Assembly (NCBI GenBank): GCA_963797555.1 | Contig: CAWCPV010000017.1 | Span: forward strand, 64,001 to 128,000 | Origin: an uncultured Gammaproteobacteria bacterium | GTDB taxonomy: Bacteria; Pseudomonadota; Gammaproteobacteria; CAWCPV01 | DNA: 64,000 nt | Direction: 5' to 3' | Shown: positions 39,333-55,560 of the stretch, piece after piece | Numbering within the stretch: the first letter of the stretch is position 1 | Layout: each line of letters opens with the position of its first letter | The notes under the pieces: model-generated | Databases searched by the model: none | The model's input: the letters and a program-made list of their open reading frames with translations, nothing else | What the model was told of the DNA's origin: nothing | Position numbers and translations under genes: made by a program

Positions 39333-41165
39333 ATGCGCGAACTGACTCCGACTCCTGCGAACATGCACCCGATCTCCGCCGGGGAGGCGGGCACGCTCCC
39401 CGGCCTGTTCCGCATCCGGGTGGCCCGTACACCCGAAGCCATTGCCTACCGGCAGTACGACGCCGGGCAGGGTGTTTGGAAATCCTACCGCTGGTCAGAG
39501 ATGGAGCGTCGAGTGGCGCGGTGGCGTGGCGCTTTGGCCGAAGAACGTCTGGCAGACGGGGAGCGGGTGGCTGTCCTGATCACCAACAGCGTCGAGTGGG
39601 TGTGTCTCGACCAGGCGGCCCTGTCGCTGGGGCTAGTGGTGGTCCCCCTGTACACGACGGACACCCCGGGCAACCTTGCCTACATCCTGGCGGACAGCGG
39701 GGCCCGGTTGCTTCTGGCGGCGACTCGCGAACAGTGGGAGGCACTCACACCCTTCAGGGAGAAGCTGGCCGCGCTGCAAAGGGTGGTCTGCCTGCAAGAG
39801 GTGAGCGGCGTGCAGGAGCCGCTCATGGGCCTGGAGACGTGGTTGCAGCGGGGTACGGGCGATGTCGCCCCGGTGCAGGGGCGGCCAAACGATTCCGCGA
39901 CCATCGTCTACACCTCCGGTACCACGGGCCCGCCCAAAGGGGTGATCCAGTCTCACTATGGCATCCTGCACAACGCCGAGGCGGTGCTTCGCACCATACC
40001 CGGCTACCCGCAGGACCTGTTCCTGTCATTTCTGCCGCTCTCCCACAGCTTCGAACGCACGGTCGGGTACTACCTTCCCATGATGGCCGGGGCCTGTGTG
40101 GCCTACGCGCGTTCCGTCAAGGACCTGCCCCAGGACCTGGTCACCGTGCGACCGACCGTACTGCTCGCCGTCCCGCGGGTATTCGAGCGCATCTACGCCG
40201 GCTTGCAGCGACAACTGCAGGAACGAGGCTACATCGCCCGGATGCTGTTCGCCGGGGCGGTGGAGGTGGGGCACGAGCGCTTCGAGCACCTGCAGGGGCG
40301 GAGCGCACGGCCGGCCGTGCATAGGCGCTTGCTGTGGGCGATACTGCGCCGCCTCGTGGCGGCCAGGGTGATGGAACGACTGGGCGGAAGGCTGCGCCTG
40401 GTCGTGAGCGGGGGCGCGCCTCTGTCCCCCCAGGTAGCCCGCTGTTTGGTCAGCCTGGGGGTCCCCCTCATCCAGGGTTATGGGCTCACCGAGGCGTCGC
40501 CGGTGGTCTCCGCGAACCAGATCCACGACAATCTCCCGGAGTCGGTGGGCGGTCCCTTGCCTGGGGTCGAAGTGCGCCTATCGGAGGAGGGAGAGCTTCT
40601 CGTTCGGGCGCCCAGTGTGATGCTGGGCTACTGGAACAGGGCCGAAGAAACGCGGCTCAGCGTCGACGACGACGGCTGGCTGCACACTGGGGACAAGGCC
40701 GATCTCAGGGAAGGCCGCATCCACATTCACGGGCGCATCAAGGACGTCCTGGTGCTGTCCACGGGCGAGAAGGTCTCTCTCGGGGATCTGGAGACCGCTA
40801 TCACGCAACACCCGCTCTTCGAGCAAGCCATGGCCGTGGGGGAGGGGATGCCGTACGTGGGCGCGCTAGTGGTGATGGAGCGTTCCGCCTGGCGAGATCT
40901 CGCCGCCGCCCTCGGCCTGGATCCCGACGACGACTCGTCTCTCCATACCTCAACAGCTCGCGAGGCGGTGCTGGAGAGAATTCGGCTGCTCCTTGGCCAT
41001 CTTCCGAGCCATGCCCAGGTCCGAGCCGTGCACTTGCTCCCGGAGCCGTGGACGGTGCAGGACGGCCTCCTGACGCCCACCATGAAGCTGAAGCGGGCCG
41101 CCATCGAGGAACGCTTCCGAGAGGCTATCCGCGGCCTGTATGCGGGCCACGACGTATCGTTCTGA
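39333..41165 (+). CDS. Long-chain fatty acid-CoA ligase
   Basis: YTSGTTGPPKG, FLPLSHSFER, QGYGLTE, WLHTGD and LTPTMKLKR. Confidence 0.92.
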   Translation: MRELTPTPANMHPISAGEAGTLPGLFRIRVARTPEAIAYRQYDAGQGVWKSYRWSEMERRVARWRGALAEERLADGERVAVLITNSVEWVCLDQAALSLGLVVVPLYTTDTPGNLAYILADSGARLLLAATREQWEALTPFREKLAALQRVVCLQEVSGVQEPLMGLETWLQRGTGDVAPVQGRPNDSATIVYTSGTTGPPKGVIQSHYGILHNAEAVLRTIPGYPQDLFLSFLPLSHSFERTVGYYLPMMAGACVAYARSVKDLPQDLVTVRPTVLLAVPRVFERIYAGLQRQLQERGYIARMLFAGAVEVGHERFEHLQGRSARPAVHRRLLWAILRRLVAARVMERLGGRLRLVVSGGAPLSPQVARCLVSLGVPLIQGYGLTEASPVVSANQIHDNLPESVGGPLPGVEVRLSEEGELLVRAPSVMLGYWNRAEETRLSVDDDGWLHTGDKADLREGRIHIHGRIKDVLVLSTGEKVSLGDLETAITQHPLFEQAMAVGEGMPYVGALVVMERSAWRDLAAALGLDPDDDSSLHTSTAREAVLERIRLLLGHLPSHAQVRAVHLLPEPWTVQDGLLTPTMKLKRAAIEERFREAIRGLYAGHDVSF

Positions 41166-41210
41166 ATGAGAGCCTCGGTGTCTCTCCGCCGGGCCAGCCA
41201 TCCTCAGGCG

Positions 41211-41993
41211 TCAATGGCCCAAATCGAAAAGGGACGAGACGGCATCCCGCGCGCGGTCGTACCAGCCCTTCACCGTCTCCAGTATCCCGTGGTCGGTCTC
41301 CGCTGCGGGCGTCTGGCGCGGCTCTTGCCGCTTGGTCCGCAGGGAATCGGTCTTCGCCGCCGGCGCGGCTTCCGCGGGCGTTTGCACCGCTCGCTCCCGC
41401 GTTCGTGGTGCCGCTGTGCCAGGGGCAGGGGCTGGCTGCTCAGTAGGTGGCTGGATGGAGGGGGGTGGAGTGGCAGGCTCGCCGAAGGCGGGCAGCGGCT
41501 CCCTCGGCCGGGAGGGCACAATAGGGGCCGTCGGAACGGCTGGGGCTTGAACGATTCCCCGCGGGCTCGCGGGCGCAGCGCCTGATTCGTTCTGGGTGGG
41601 AGCCGGCTGTGCGCGGGATGGTTCGGTGCCCGGCATCGGCCGGGGATAGGCTCCGGATCGATACGGCGTATGCCAACCACCGGGCCCGGCAGCGCCCCCG
41701 TATGGCTGCTGTCCATATCCCGGGGGATAGGACCCTTGGGGATAACCCATAGGCCCTTGCGGTCCGGCCCCGTAGCCCCAGCCGCCGTATCCCTGCCAGC
41801 CCGGGCCTCCATACGGGACCCGGCCGTAGCCGGGAGCGCCATAGTACGGCGCCCCGTAGCTTCCTTGCTCCCCCGGCTGTGGGCTGCCCGTTGCCCGGCC
41901 GGCCGTCTGCCCGCACACTGCGACAGAGTGTAGCGAGATCAGAAGCCCCCCGAAAACCAGCGTTGCCACTGTCGGCATGAATGTTTTGCGCAT
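41211..41993 (-). CDS. Secreted low-complexity Gly/Tyr/Pro-rich protein
   Basis: GAAGGAG RBS, signal peptide, YG/PG repeats followed by a Pro/Ala-rich tract. Confidence 0.6.
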   Translation of the reverse strand: MRKTFMPTVATLVFGGLLISLHSVAVCGQTAGRATGSPQPGEQGSYGAPYYGAPGYGRVPYGGPGWQGYGGWGYGAGPQGPMGYPQGSYPPGYGQQPYGGAAGPGGWHTPYRSGAYPRPMPGTEPSRAQPAPTQNESGAAPASPRGIVQAPAVPTAPIVPSRPREPLPAFGEPATPPPSIQPPTEQPAPAPGTAAPRTRERAVQTPAEAAPAAKTDSLRTKRQEPRQTPAAETDHGILETVKGWYDRARDAVSSLFDLGH

Positions 41994-42169
41994 CGTCCGC
42001 TCCTTCAGCATGAGGGATGGCCAGCCGCACCATTGCCTCGCCTGGCGCGCCCCTGGAGACGTCCCCGGCACGCCCGTCCGGCGCCGGCAGCACCGGCTCG
42101 ATAGCTCGCGGCTCATTCAGTCATCCTAAATCAGATCGCGCGACGCGCGCGAGGTCTAGTCTTTTCCAA

Positions 42170-42360
42170 TGTTAGCCCCAAGTAGTAATGTCCCCTCTGT
42201 GCAAGGTAGAAATGTCCCCTTTTGGTGGCAACCGATGGGGTTAGGCGTTGGCAGAGGAGGTCTTGAGTGTGAGCAGGAAAGGAGTTGCGTCTTAACGCCT
42301 GGGCCTTGTAGAACTCCCAGTACGACTCGGATTCGCCGCTGGAGGCGAGCGAGCGCAGGG
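42170..42360. mobile_element. IS scar: ISNCY/IS1202-like left end (+) abutting an ISKra4-like transposase C-terminal fragment (-)
   Basis: TGT start with two copies of TAG(T/A)AATGTCCCCT; the minus frame reads LRSLASSGESESYWEFYKAQALRRN. Confidence 0.55.
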
Positions 42361-42440
42361 GCGCCCGTCGTGACCCCTTGCGCGGGCCGCCTGTGGGGTG
42401 GAGACTGGATCTGCGTGTGGCTGTGGCTTGGAGGTCTCCA

Positions 42441-43193
42441 ATGGTGAGTCGCCGAGGGGTGGTGTGCGGATTCCTACTGGGGGCGTGCTTGAGTTGGTCG
42501 CCGTCGCAGGGGGCGGCTGTAAGGGCTCACCCGGAGTCACCGGGCGCTTCGAAGGGGGGTAGTCCGGGCGCCGATGTCCCGATGTTTCTGGTGGCGCGCC
42601 GCAGCATGGGTGACCCACGCTTCGCTCAGACCGTGCTGCTCCTCGTAAAGCACGGCATCGAAGGGACTCTCGGGCTGGTGATCAACCGCCCCACCCAATT
42701 GCTGCTTTCTCAGGTCGCTCCTGACCTCAAGGGAGTGGGCGGGACCAAGCATGTCGTCTTTCTGGGCGGACCGGTCAACCCCGAGGTCATCCTGTACTTG
42801 GTTCGCAGTCGGAGCGCACCGGAGGACGGGGAGAAGGTCTTGGACGACGTGTATTTCGGCGTGACCCGGGAGCCGTTGGAAGGACTGCTCAGTGGCGGTA
42901 CGCCCGCGAGCGCGCTGCGTGTGTACGCCGGTTACGCCGGGTGGGGCCCCGGACAGCTGGAGGCGGAGATGGCCCGCGGCGACTGGCTGCTGGTTCCGGC
43001 AGACGCCAGCAGAGTCTTCGCCAAGGACCCCGACCACCTCTGGCGGGATCTCATCGAGGAACGAGAGCCCGCGGGGAACCTCGTACACAACGACCCCGAC
43101 CGGCCGCTGGCGATTCCAGTAGGCGGCGCCGACCCGAGAGCCCGACTGGTGACGACGGCGCGTCCATGGACTCGAAATATTTGGAATAGCTAA
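42441..43193 (+). CDS. YqgE/AlgH-family protein with an N-terminal signal-like peptide
   Basis: FLVA..DPRFAQTV..GLVINRP, FLGGPV and YAGYAGWGPGQLEAE..W; GGAGG RBS. Confidence 0.88.
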   Translation: MVSRRGVVCGFLLGACLSWSPSQGAAVRAHPESPGASKGGSPGADVPMFLVARRSMGDPRFAQTVLLLVKHGIEGTLGLVINRPTQLLLSQVAPDLKGVGGTKHVVFLGGPVNPEVILYLVRSRSAPEDGEKVLDDVYFGVTREPLEGLLSGGTPASALRVYAGYAGWGPGQLEAEMARGDWLLVPADASRVFAKDPDHLWRDLIEEREPAGNLVHNDPDRPLAIPVGGADPRARLVTTARPWTRNIWNS

Positions 43194-43234
43194 ATCGACT
43201 ACCGGCCTCATTTTCCGAGGGCCGGAGTCGAGCA

Positions 43235-43550
43235 ATGTTTTCTTCCGTCACGGAAACGATGCCTTCGAGTTAGCGGCGCGCTTGAAACAAGACCCGTCCG
43301 CGCGGTGCGGGTGGTCGACGTACGCCAGCCGAGGGAACACATGGCTGGCGCCATTCCCGGTGCCCAGTTGAATGCCGGGCGACGGTGCCGATACACATGC
43401 CAGGCACCGAGCGTCACAGGCCGGTAGTGTTCGTGTGCCGCAGCGGGGCACGTTCCGCCCGGGCTTGTGCCTTCCCGGGATCCAGTGGCTACGAGAATGT
43501 CTGCAATCTGCGTGGCGGCGTGATCGCCTAAGCACAGTCGGGATTGACGC
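43235..43550 (+). pseudogene. Rhodanese-domain pseudogene
   Basis: VVDVRQPREHMAGAIPGA and VVFVCRSGARSARAC..YENVCNLRGGVIA* lie in shifted frames; the conserved Trp codon is replaced by TAA. Confidence 0.75.
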
Positions 43551-43828
43551 TTTTCCTTTCCAGCGCCGCAGAGCCTGGTGCCGAGTGATCTCATGCAGGG
43601 GGCGTTCCGCCGGGCCTCTGGGCGCAGTCGACCCTACCGGACAAGAGCCGCGTATCGGGGCGCCCGCCGTGACACCTCGGACATTTGCCGGGCTTGACCC
43701 CCGATCGGAGCGGCGCTTAGTCTACATCCGATCTTTGGGCGTGCCCCAAGGGCCAGGAAGGTAGGGCTGTCCTTCTTCCCGTGGCTCCACGCGACGCGCA
43801 CTGGCCGGCGGGGGCATCGAGGGAGCCT

Positions 43829-46800
43829 ATGAAGCAGCCGCTGCCGGCAGGTGCGGTGCGGAAACGGGTGCTTACCCTGGGCGCGGGCGCGTTTCGCATC
43901 CGCTTTCGCCTCCTCATCCTGCTGACCTGGATCATTCCGCCCGTCTTTGGGCTGTCCTTTCTGTTGTTCATCGGTATGTTCACTCCGCGCGAGATGCTGG
44001 TCATCGTGACCAGGCCCATCGAGCCGCTCTACTGCCTCGGCAGCCTCGCTGCCGCGATCTGGTACTTGACGCGGTTCGTGCGCCCGGTTTCGGACCTGCT
44101 GGAGGGGCGGGGCGGGGCCGTCGCGGCCGCTGCGGAGGATAGGCTCCGACGGTTCCCACTGCACTTTTGGGCGGTCTTTCTCGGCTACCTCGCGTTGGCC
44201 CCAAGCAGCGTCATCCTGAGTGCCCGGATTTACGTCGATTTTGCGCCTCGGCCGGTGGACTGGTTCCGCATCCATCTGGTGGCGCTGATCGTCTCCATCA
44301 TCGTCGGCCTGCCCATATTCTTCCGTATCCTCGATCTGTTCGGGCGGGCTGCGGGAGCGCTGGATCTCCGCCGTGCGCACGTAACCATCAAGCTGAAAGT
44401 GTTTCTGATCGGGGCTCTGACGCCCCTGCTCATCGGTACGATTCTCGTCCAGTATTACTGGACGCGCACCGGGTTCTTCACGAGCGAAACCTTCCTCATC
44501 TGGGTGATGCTAGAGGTGCTGGCCATCGGCGGCAGCCTGATCTTCGTACAAAGCTTCGGACAATCGCTGCGTCCGCTGCAAGGCGTCATCCGCGCACGCC
44601 GGGCGGGCGAGCAGGAGTTCTCCGGCCTGGTCCCGCAATCGACCGATGAGCTCGGTGTGCTGGCCGGCGATCTCCGGGATTTGCTGAGTGACCTGCGCTT
44701 ACATACCGAGCTGCTGGGTGCCCGCAATCGCGTCCTGCGTAGCACAGGAGTGCTGTCGAGCCTGAGGGATGCGTTATCGACGATGTTGGACGCGTGCAAG
44801 ACCGAGTTGGGTGGCGATATCTGCCTGCTGTCGCGCTACGACGAGAGCAGTGGTGACCTGTTGGCGGTGGCTTATACCGGCGTGGATTATCGCCACGAGG
44901 GGCACTTCCGGCTGCAGCGCCACGAGCCATCTTTGGCCTGGACCGCCCTGGACACGGGGAGCGTGGCTACGGTCTCGGAGACTCGGGGGGAGAAGTGCTT
45001 CCACCCAACTCTGATCGAGCGCTTCGCACCCCACTCGGCCATCGCGGCGCCATTGCGGGCCGAGGGTCGGGACATCGGTGTCCTGATGTCGCTCAGCCGC
45101 GATGGCGATCGGGACTATACGCCGCAAGACAAGAAGATGATGGAAGTGTTGGCCAACGAGGCAGCGCTCGCCATCCACACCCAGTTGCTGCATGCTCGGC
45201 GGCGCGCGGCCGAAGAACGGCTGCGCCAGGTCAACGAGCTGGCCCAGGTCAGCCTCGCGTGCATCGGCGACGGCGTCCTCATCACCAACGTCTCCGGGCG
45301 CATCGTGTTTCTCAACGCGGTGGCTTCCCAGCTCACCGGCTGGTCCCTCGGAGAGGCGCGGGGACGTCCCCTGTCGGACATCCTGGTGCTCACCGACGGA
45401 TTCACGGGGGAGCGGCCAGCGGATCCCGTTCAGGGGTGCATGGGGCAACGCTCCACCTTTCGTCTCGCGGGCGATATTCGGCTCCTCCACCGGTCTCGCG
45501 AAGAGCAAACCAACGTGGAAGTGACAGCCTCGGCTATCCGTCACCGCAAGCGTGGCGTGGTGGGCGCCGTGCTGGTTCTCCACGACGTGAGCGAGCTGCG
45601 CAAGCTGGCGCGGCGCTTGTCCCACCAGGCCAGCCACGATGCCCTCACGGGACTCATCAACCGGCGAGAGTTCGAGGCGCGCCTGCAGCGGGCGATCGAC
45701 GGTGCCCGTGAGGAAGGGCGCTGCCACGTTCTGTTCTATCTGGACCTGGACCAGTTCAAGGTCGTCAACGATACGTGCGGACACATCGCGGGCGACGAGC
45801 TGCTCAAGCAGCTCGCAGCCAACCTGGAGGGCAAGCTGCGCACCACCGACACGTTGGGGCGGCTGGGCGGGGACGAATTCGGCGTGCTGCTCGAGGATTG
45901 TCCCCTGCAGAAGGCCCAAGCCATCACCGAGAAGGTCAAGGAAGCCGTGAGCGCCTTCCGATTCGCCTGGGAAGACAAGGTCTTCAACGTCGGCGTGAGC
46001 ATGGGTGTGGTCCCCATCGACGCTGCGAGCGGACGGCTCAGCGACGTGCTCGGTGCGGCCGATTCCGCATGCTACCTGGCGAAAGAGGAGGGGCGGAACC
46101 GCGTGCACGTTTACCGGCCTGACGACGCAGCGGCGGCTGCGCGTCACGGGGAGATGCAGTGGGTGCACCGTCTTCGGCGGGCGCTGGAGGAGGAGCGCTT
46201 TCAGCTCTACTTTCAACCCATCGTGCCTCCGCGCGGATCCCAGGCCAGCGCCGGCGCCTTCGGCGAAGTGCTCCTGCGCATGGTGGGCGAAACTCAGGAG
46301 ACCGTTCTGCCTGGGGCGTTTCTGCCTGCTGCCGAACGCTATCACCTGATGCCGTCCATCGACCGATGGGTGGTGCACCGAGTCTTGGTGATCCTCGCTG
46401 GACTTGCCCGGAGTGGCCGGACCGCGCCCATCCTGACCGTGAACCTGTCCGGTCAGTCCCTGTCCGACGACGCCTTCCTGGAGTTCGTCGAGACGGAGCT
46501 CGTCCGCACCGCGGTGTCCCCGCGAACGCTATGCTTCGAGATTACCGAGACCGCTGCCATCGCCAACATGGTGCGGGCGCACCGCTTCATCGAAGCGGTG
46601 CGCCAGTGCGGGTGCCGCATCGCCTTGGATGATTTCGGCACTGGCCTCAGCTCCTTCGCTTACCTGAGAAGCCTGCCCGTGGATTTCCTCAAGATCGACG
46701 GCAGTTTCGTGCGCGACATGGTCGAACGTCCCATGGACATGGCTATCGTCGAGAGCGTGCAGCAGATCGCGCGGGTCATGGGGGTGCGCACCATCGCGGA

Positions 46801-46972
46801 GTGGGTCGAGACGACAGCCACGCTCGATGCGCTGGCGGCGATCGGGGTGGACTACGTGCAAGGCTATGCTGTCGGCGAACCCGTCCCCATGGCCCCATTC
46901 CTTGGAGGCGAGGCAGTCCAGGCGCAGCCGGGACAAGCAGGCGGCGCTTCTCTGGGCATCGGTGGCGGCTGA
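43829..46972 (+). CDS. Membrane-bound GAF-PAS-GGDEF-EAL protein
   Basis: Multiple TM helices, HDALTGL, GGDEF, EVLLRM, EITET and DDFGTG. Confidence 0.93.
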   Translation: MKQPLPAGAVRKRVLTLGAGAFRIRFRLLILLTWIIPPVFGLSFLLFIGMFTPREMLVIVTRPIEPLYCLGSLAAAIWYLTRFVRPVSDLLEGRGGAVAAAAEDRLRRFPLHFWAVFLGYLALAPSSVILSARIYVDFAPRPVDWFRIHLVALIVSIIVGLPIFFRILDLFGRAAGALDLRRAHVTIKLKVFLIGALTPLLIGTILVQYYWTRTGFFTSETFLIWVMLEVLAIGGSLIFVQSFGQSLRPLQGVIRARRAGEQEFSGLVPQSTDELGVLAGDLRDLLSDLRLHTELLGARNRVLRSTGVLSSLRDALSTMLDACKTELGGDICLLSRYDESSGDLLAVAYTGVDYRHEGHFRLQRHEPSLAWTALDTGSVATVSETRGEKCFHPTLIERFAPHSAIAAPLRAEGRDIGVLMSLSRDGDRDYTPQDKKMMEVLANEAALAIHTQLLHARRRAAEERLRQVNELAQVSLACIGDGVLITNVSGRIVFLNAVASQLTGWSLGEARGRPLSDILVLTDGFTGERPADPVQGCMGQRSTFRLAGDIRLLHRSREEQTNVEVTASAIRHRKRGVVGAVLVLHDVSELRKLARRLSHQASHDALTGLINRREFEARLQRAIDGAREEGRCHVLFYLDLDQFKVVNDTCGHIAGDELLKQLAANLEGKLRTTDTLGRLGGDEFGVLLEDCPLQKAQAITEKVKEAVSAFRFAWEDKVFNVGVSMGVVPIDAASGRLSDVLGAADSACYLAKEEGRNRVHVYRPDDAAAAARHGEMQWVHRLRRALEEERFQLYFQPIVPPRGSQASAGAFGEVLLRMVGETQETVLPGAFLPAAERYHLMPSIDRWVVHRVLVILAGLARSGRTAPILTVNLSGQSLSDDAFLEFVETELVRTAVSPRTLCFEITETAAIANMVRAHRFIEAVRQCGCRIALDDFGTGLSSFAYLRSLPVDFLKIDGSFVRDMVERPMDMAIVESVQQIARVMGVRTIAEWVETTATLDALAAIGVDYVQGYAVGEPVPMAPFLGGEAVQAQPGQAGGASLGIGGG

Positions 46973-47009
46973 TGCAGCGCGGCGTCTGAGCGAGAGGGGC
47001 CTGCGGTCT

Positions 47010-47190
47010 CACAACTTTTTGTGCGCGGCGAGGTCGGCGCGCGGGTCGGCTGCCCACGCCTCAGGATCTCGACCACGATCATGGCCGTGCCACAGTGCGG
47101 GCAGACGAAGAGCGGTGGGATGAAACCGGCCGGCGTCTCAGCGGCCACGGCTGCCTTCGCCTCGGGGCTGACCTGCAGCAACTCGCGCAC
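47010..47190 (-). mobile_element. IS91-like transposase C-terminal remnant
   Basis: VRELL..FVCPHCGTAMIVVEILRRGQPTRAP, resembling the IS91 C-terminus. Confidence 0.55.
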
Positions 47191-47668
47191 CCATCCCACC
47201 CGTGGTCGATGGGAGGCATTCCATCAGCTTCCTGTCAGTGCGTACAACCTGCAGGACTACCGGACGAAACCGGACGAAGGATAACGATTAGGGGCCTCAG
47301 CCAGCCTCATCCCCTCCGAAATAGTGCAGCCACCCCGGAAACAGGGCGAACGAAAACGGGAAAATTACCTATTGCTATCCCGCGCCGAGCATAGTATTAG
47401 GAGGCTTAAGTACTGTTAAGTGTCTGTTTGTGAGGGGTGGCGCGTCGGCTGCCGGTCCCTTGGATGTTCAACGCGATGCAACGTCCCCCTTGAACACGCG
47501 GGTGCTCTTCCCGCAGCCGTGTGCAGATTCGAGAATGGCTGACTCAAGGGTCGGTGTGCTTGTCTCCCGCGAAGTGTGCGAAATGATAAAGGTGCATACG
47601 GCCGGACGGCCGGGCCCTGCGTTTGGCCCGAGGCAAGCGGCCCACATGGATTGGGGTGGGAAGCGGTC

Positions 47669-48820
47669 ATGGCAAACGAGTTCGTGTCTACGATCCTGAT
47701 CGTCGACGACGCGCCTGAAAATCTCGCAGTGCTCAGCGGCATCCTGCAGCCCGCGTACCGGGTGCGAGCCGCCACATCGGGCGAGAAAGCCTTGCGCGTC
47801 GCCGCCAGCGAGCCGCAGCCGGACCTCATCCTGTTGGACGTCATGATGCCGGGCATGGACGGCTATGCCGTCATGCAACACCTGCGCGAGGAACCCGCCA
47901 CCCGGGACACCCCGGTGATTTTCGTCACCGCCCGGGATGCCATGCAACACGAGGAACGCGGTTTCAGCCTGGGTGCCGTGGATTACATCACCAAGCCCAT
48001 CAAGCCGGCCATCGTCCTGGCGCGCGTGCGTGCCCAACTGGAGCTGAAGCAGGCGCGCGACCGGCTCAAGGACCAGAATGCTTACCTGGAGGCCGAGGTG
48101 AGCCGGCGCATGGGCGAAATCGAGCTCATCCAGGAGGTGAGCATCCATGCTCTGGCTCGCCTGGCGGAGACGCGCGACCCGGAAACCGGCAACCACCTCC
48201 GCCGCACCCAGGCATACGTCGGGGCACTGGCCAGGCAGCTCAAGTCCAATCCCCGCTTTTCGGACTTTCTCACCGACAGCACCGTCGATCTGCTGGCCAG
48301 GTCCGCGATCCTGCATGACATCGGCAAGGTGGGCATCCCCGATCACATCCTGCTCAAGACCGGTAAGCTCACCCCCGAAGAATGGGTGATCATGAAGACC
48401 CATGCGCCGATGGGCAGCGAAGCCATCGAACAGGCCGAGCAGGATGCCGAGAAACCGGTCGCGGTCGAATTCCTGCTCCTGGCCAAGCAGATTGCCCACT
48501 GGCACCACGAGCGCTGGGACGGCAGCGGCTATCCGGACGGGTTGGCGGGCAACGCCATTCCGATCGGCGCGCGCCTGATGGCGCTGGCGGACGTGTTCGA
48601 TGCCCTGGTCTCGCCGCGGGTCTACAAGGCTCCCATTCCCTTCGAGCAGGCGCGGGACATCATCGCCGGCGAGCGGGGCCGGCATTTCGATCCGGACGTG
48701 GTAAATGCGTTCCTGGCGATCTTTGAGGAGTTCGTGGGCATCGCCACGCGCTATCGCGACGCCGGGGCCGCCGGAGCGAACGGCGAATCCGGGCGCCCGG
48801 GCGGGGGCCCGGCCGCGTGA
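47669..48820 (+). CDS. REC-HD-GYP response regulator (RpfG-like c-di-GMP phosphodiesterase)
   Basis: ILIVDD, LLDVMMP, ETGNH, LHDIGK, HHERWDGSGYP and ADVFDAL. Confidence 0.93.
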   Translation: MANEFVSTILIVDDAPENLAVLSGILQPAYRVRAATSGEKALRVAASEPQPDLILLDVMMPGMDGYAVMQHLREEPATRDTPVIFVTARDAMQHEERGFSLGAVDYITKPIKPAIVLARVRAQLELKQARDRLKDQNAYLEAEVSRRMGEIELIQEVSIHALARLAETRDPETGNHLRRTQAYVGALARQLKSNPRFSDFLTDSTVDLLARSAILHDIGKVGIPDHILLKTGKLTPEEWVIMKTHAPMGSEAIEQAEQDAEKPVAVEFLLLAKQIAHWHHERWDGSGYPDGLAGNAIPIGARLMALADVFDALVSPRVYKAPIPFEQARDIIAGERGRHFDPDVVNAFLAIFEEFVGIATRYRDAGAAGANGESGRPGGGPAA

Positions 48821-48892
48821 TCTCCCCATCCTGTCCGCGTGAGAATTCCGGGCCTGAAGCGGTTCGCTCGTCGATCCGGGTGCGGGCCTGTC

Positions 48893-54898
<6,006 letters not shown>

Positions 54899-54902
<4 letters not shown>

Positions 54903-54935
54903 CCTTCGTGGTCTGGAACGACAACCTGATGGCGA
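54899..54935 (+). pseudogene. Possible truncated start of a hemerythrin-domain gene
   Basis: The GTGA overlap with the kinase stop opens MTFVVWNDNLM, like hemerythrin N-termini; the resemblance then ends. Confidence 0.4.
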
Positions 54936-55220
54936 CATCGACTGAATCGCCGGGTGCTCCGGCGATTCGCCGCCGAAGGCGTCGGGGGAGTGAACCATCC
55001 CGCATGCCCAGCGCCGTGTCAGGAGCGCCCTGAGTATCCGCCACGGTCCGGGACCGCGCGGCAGGCCCAAGGATCCGAGAGGACTTCGAACGTGGTCGAC
55101 CTCATGCAGTGGCGCAGGAGCCGAGATCGGCCCTGACCCGGTAGGGTAAACTCCCCACCCCACACATGGGCGCAGCCGCGGCCCCACGGGGAGCACGTCA
55201 TGCCATAGGAGCCGCTCATC

Positions 55221-55560
55221 CTAGCGCCATGAGCGCTTCTGACGCTTCGAGTGGCGCTCGATGAACTCCGGGGCGAACGCCTCCACCGTGGGCATGCGGG
55301 CAGCCTTGGCCTGGCTCGCCTCCTCCTTGGCCTTCTGGGCAGCCTCGCGTGCCTCAGCGGCCGGGTCGATGCCGTCGTCCAGCTTGCTCCTGGCGGTGGC
55401 TGCTTCTGCACGGGCTTCGGCCAATCCCACCCCAGGGTAGGCGCCCAGGCGCAGGGACGCTGGTCTTGCCATCCTTGCCGAAGCGAAAGCACCATACCTT
55501 CGTGTCCCGGTGCACGCGCAGGTACAGATCGCGGGTATCATCGTCCTTGATGTCTTGGGC
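55221..55560 (-). pseudogene. Tyrosine integrase arm-binding domain remnant
   Basis: DLYLRV..KVWCFRF (frameshift) LRLGAYPGVGLAEARAEA..GIDP; no catalytic domain follows. Confidence 0.8.

Noticed and set aside
47195-47320. Possible additional transposase tail (RGRWEAFHQLPVSAYNLQDY)
   Set aside because: Too short to assign by eye.
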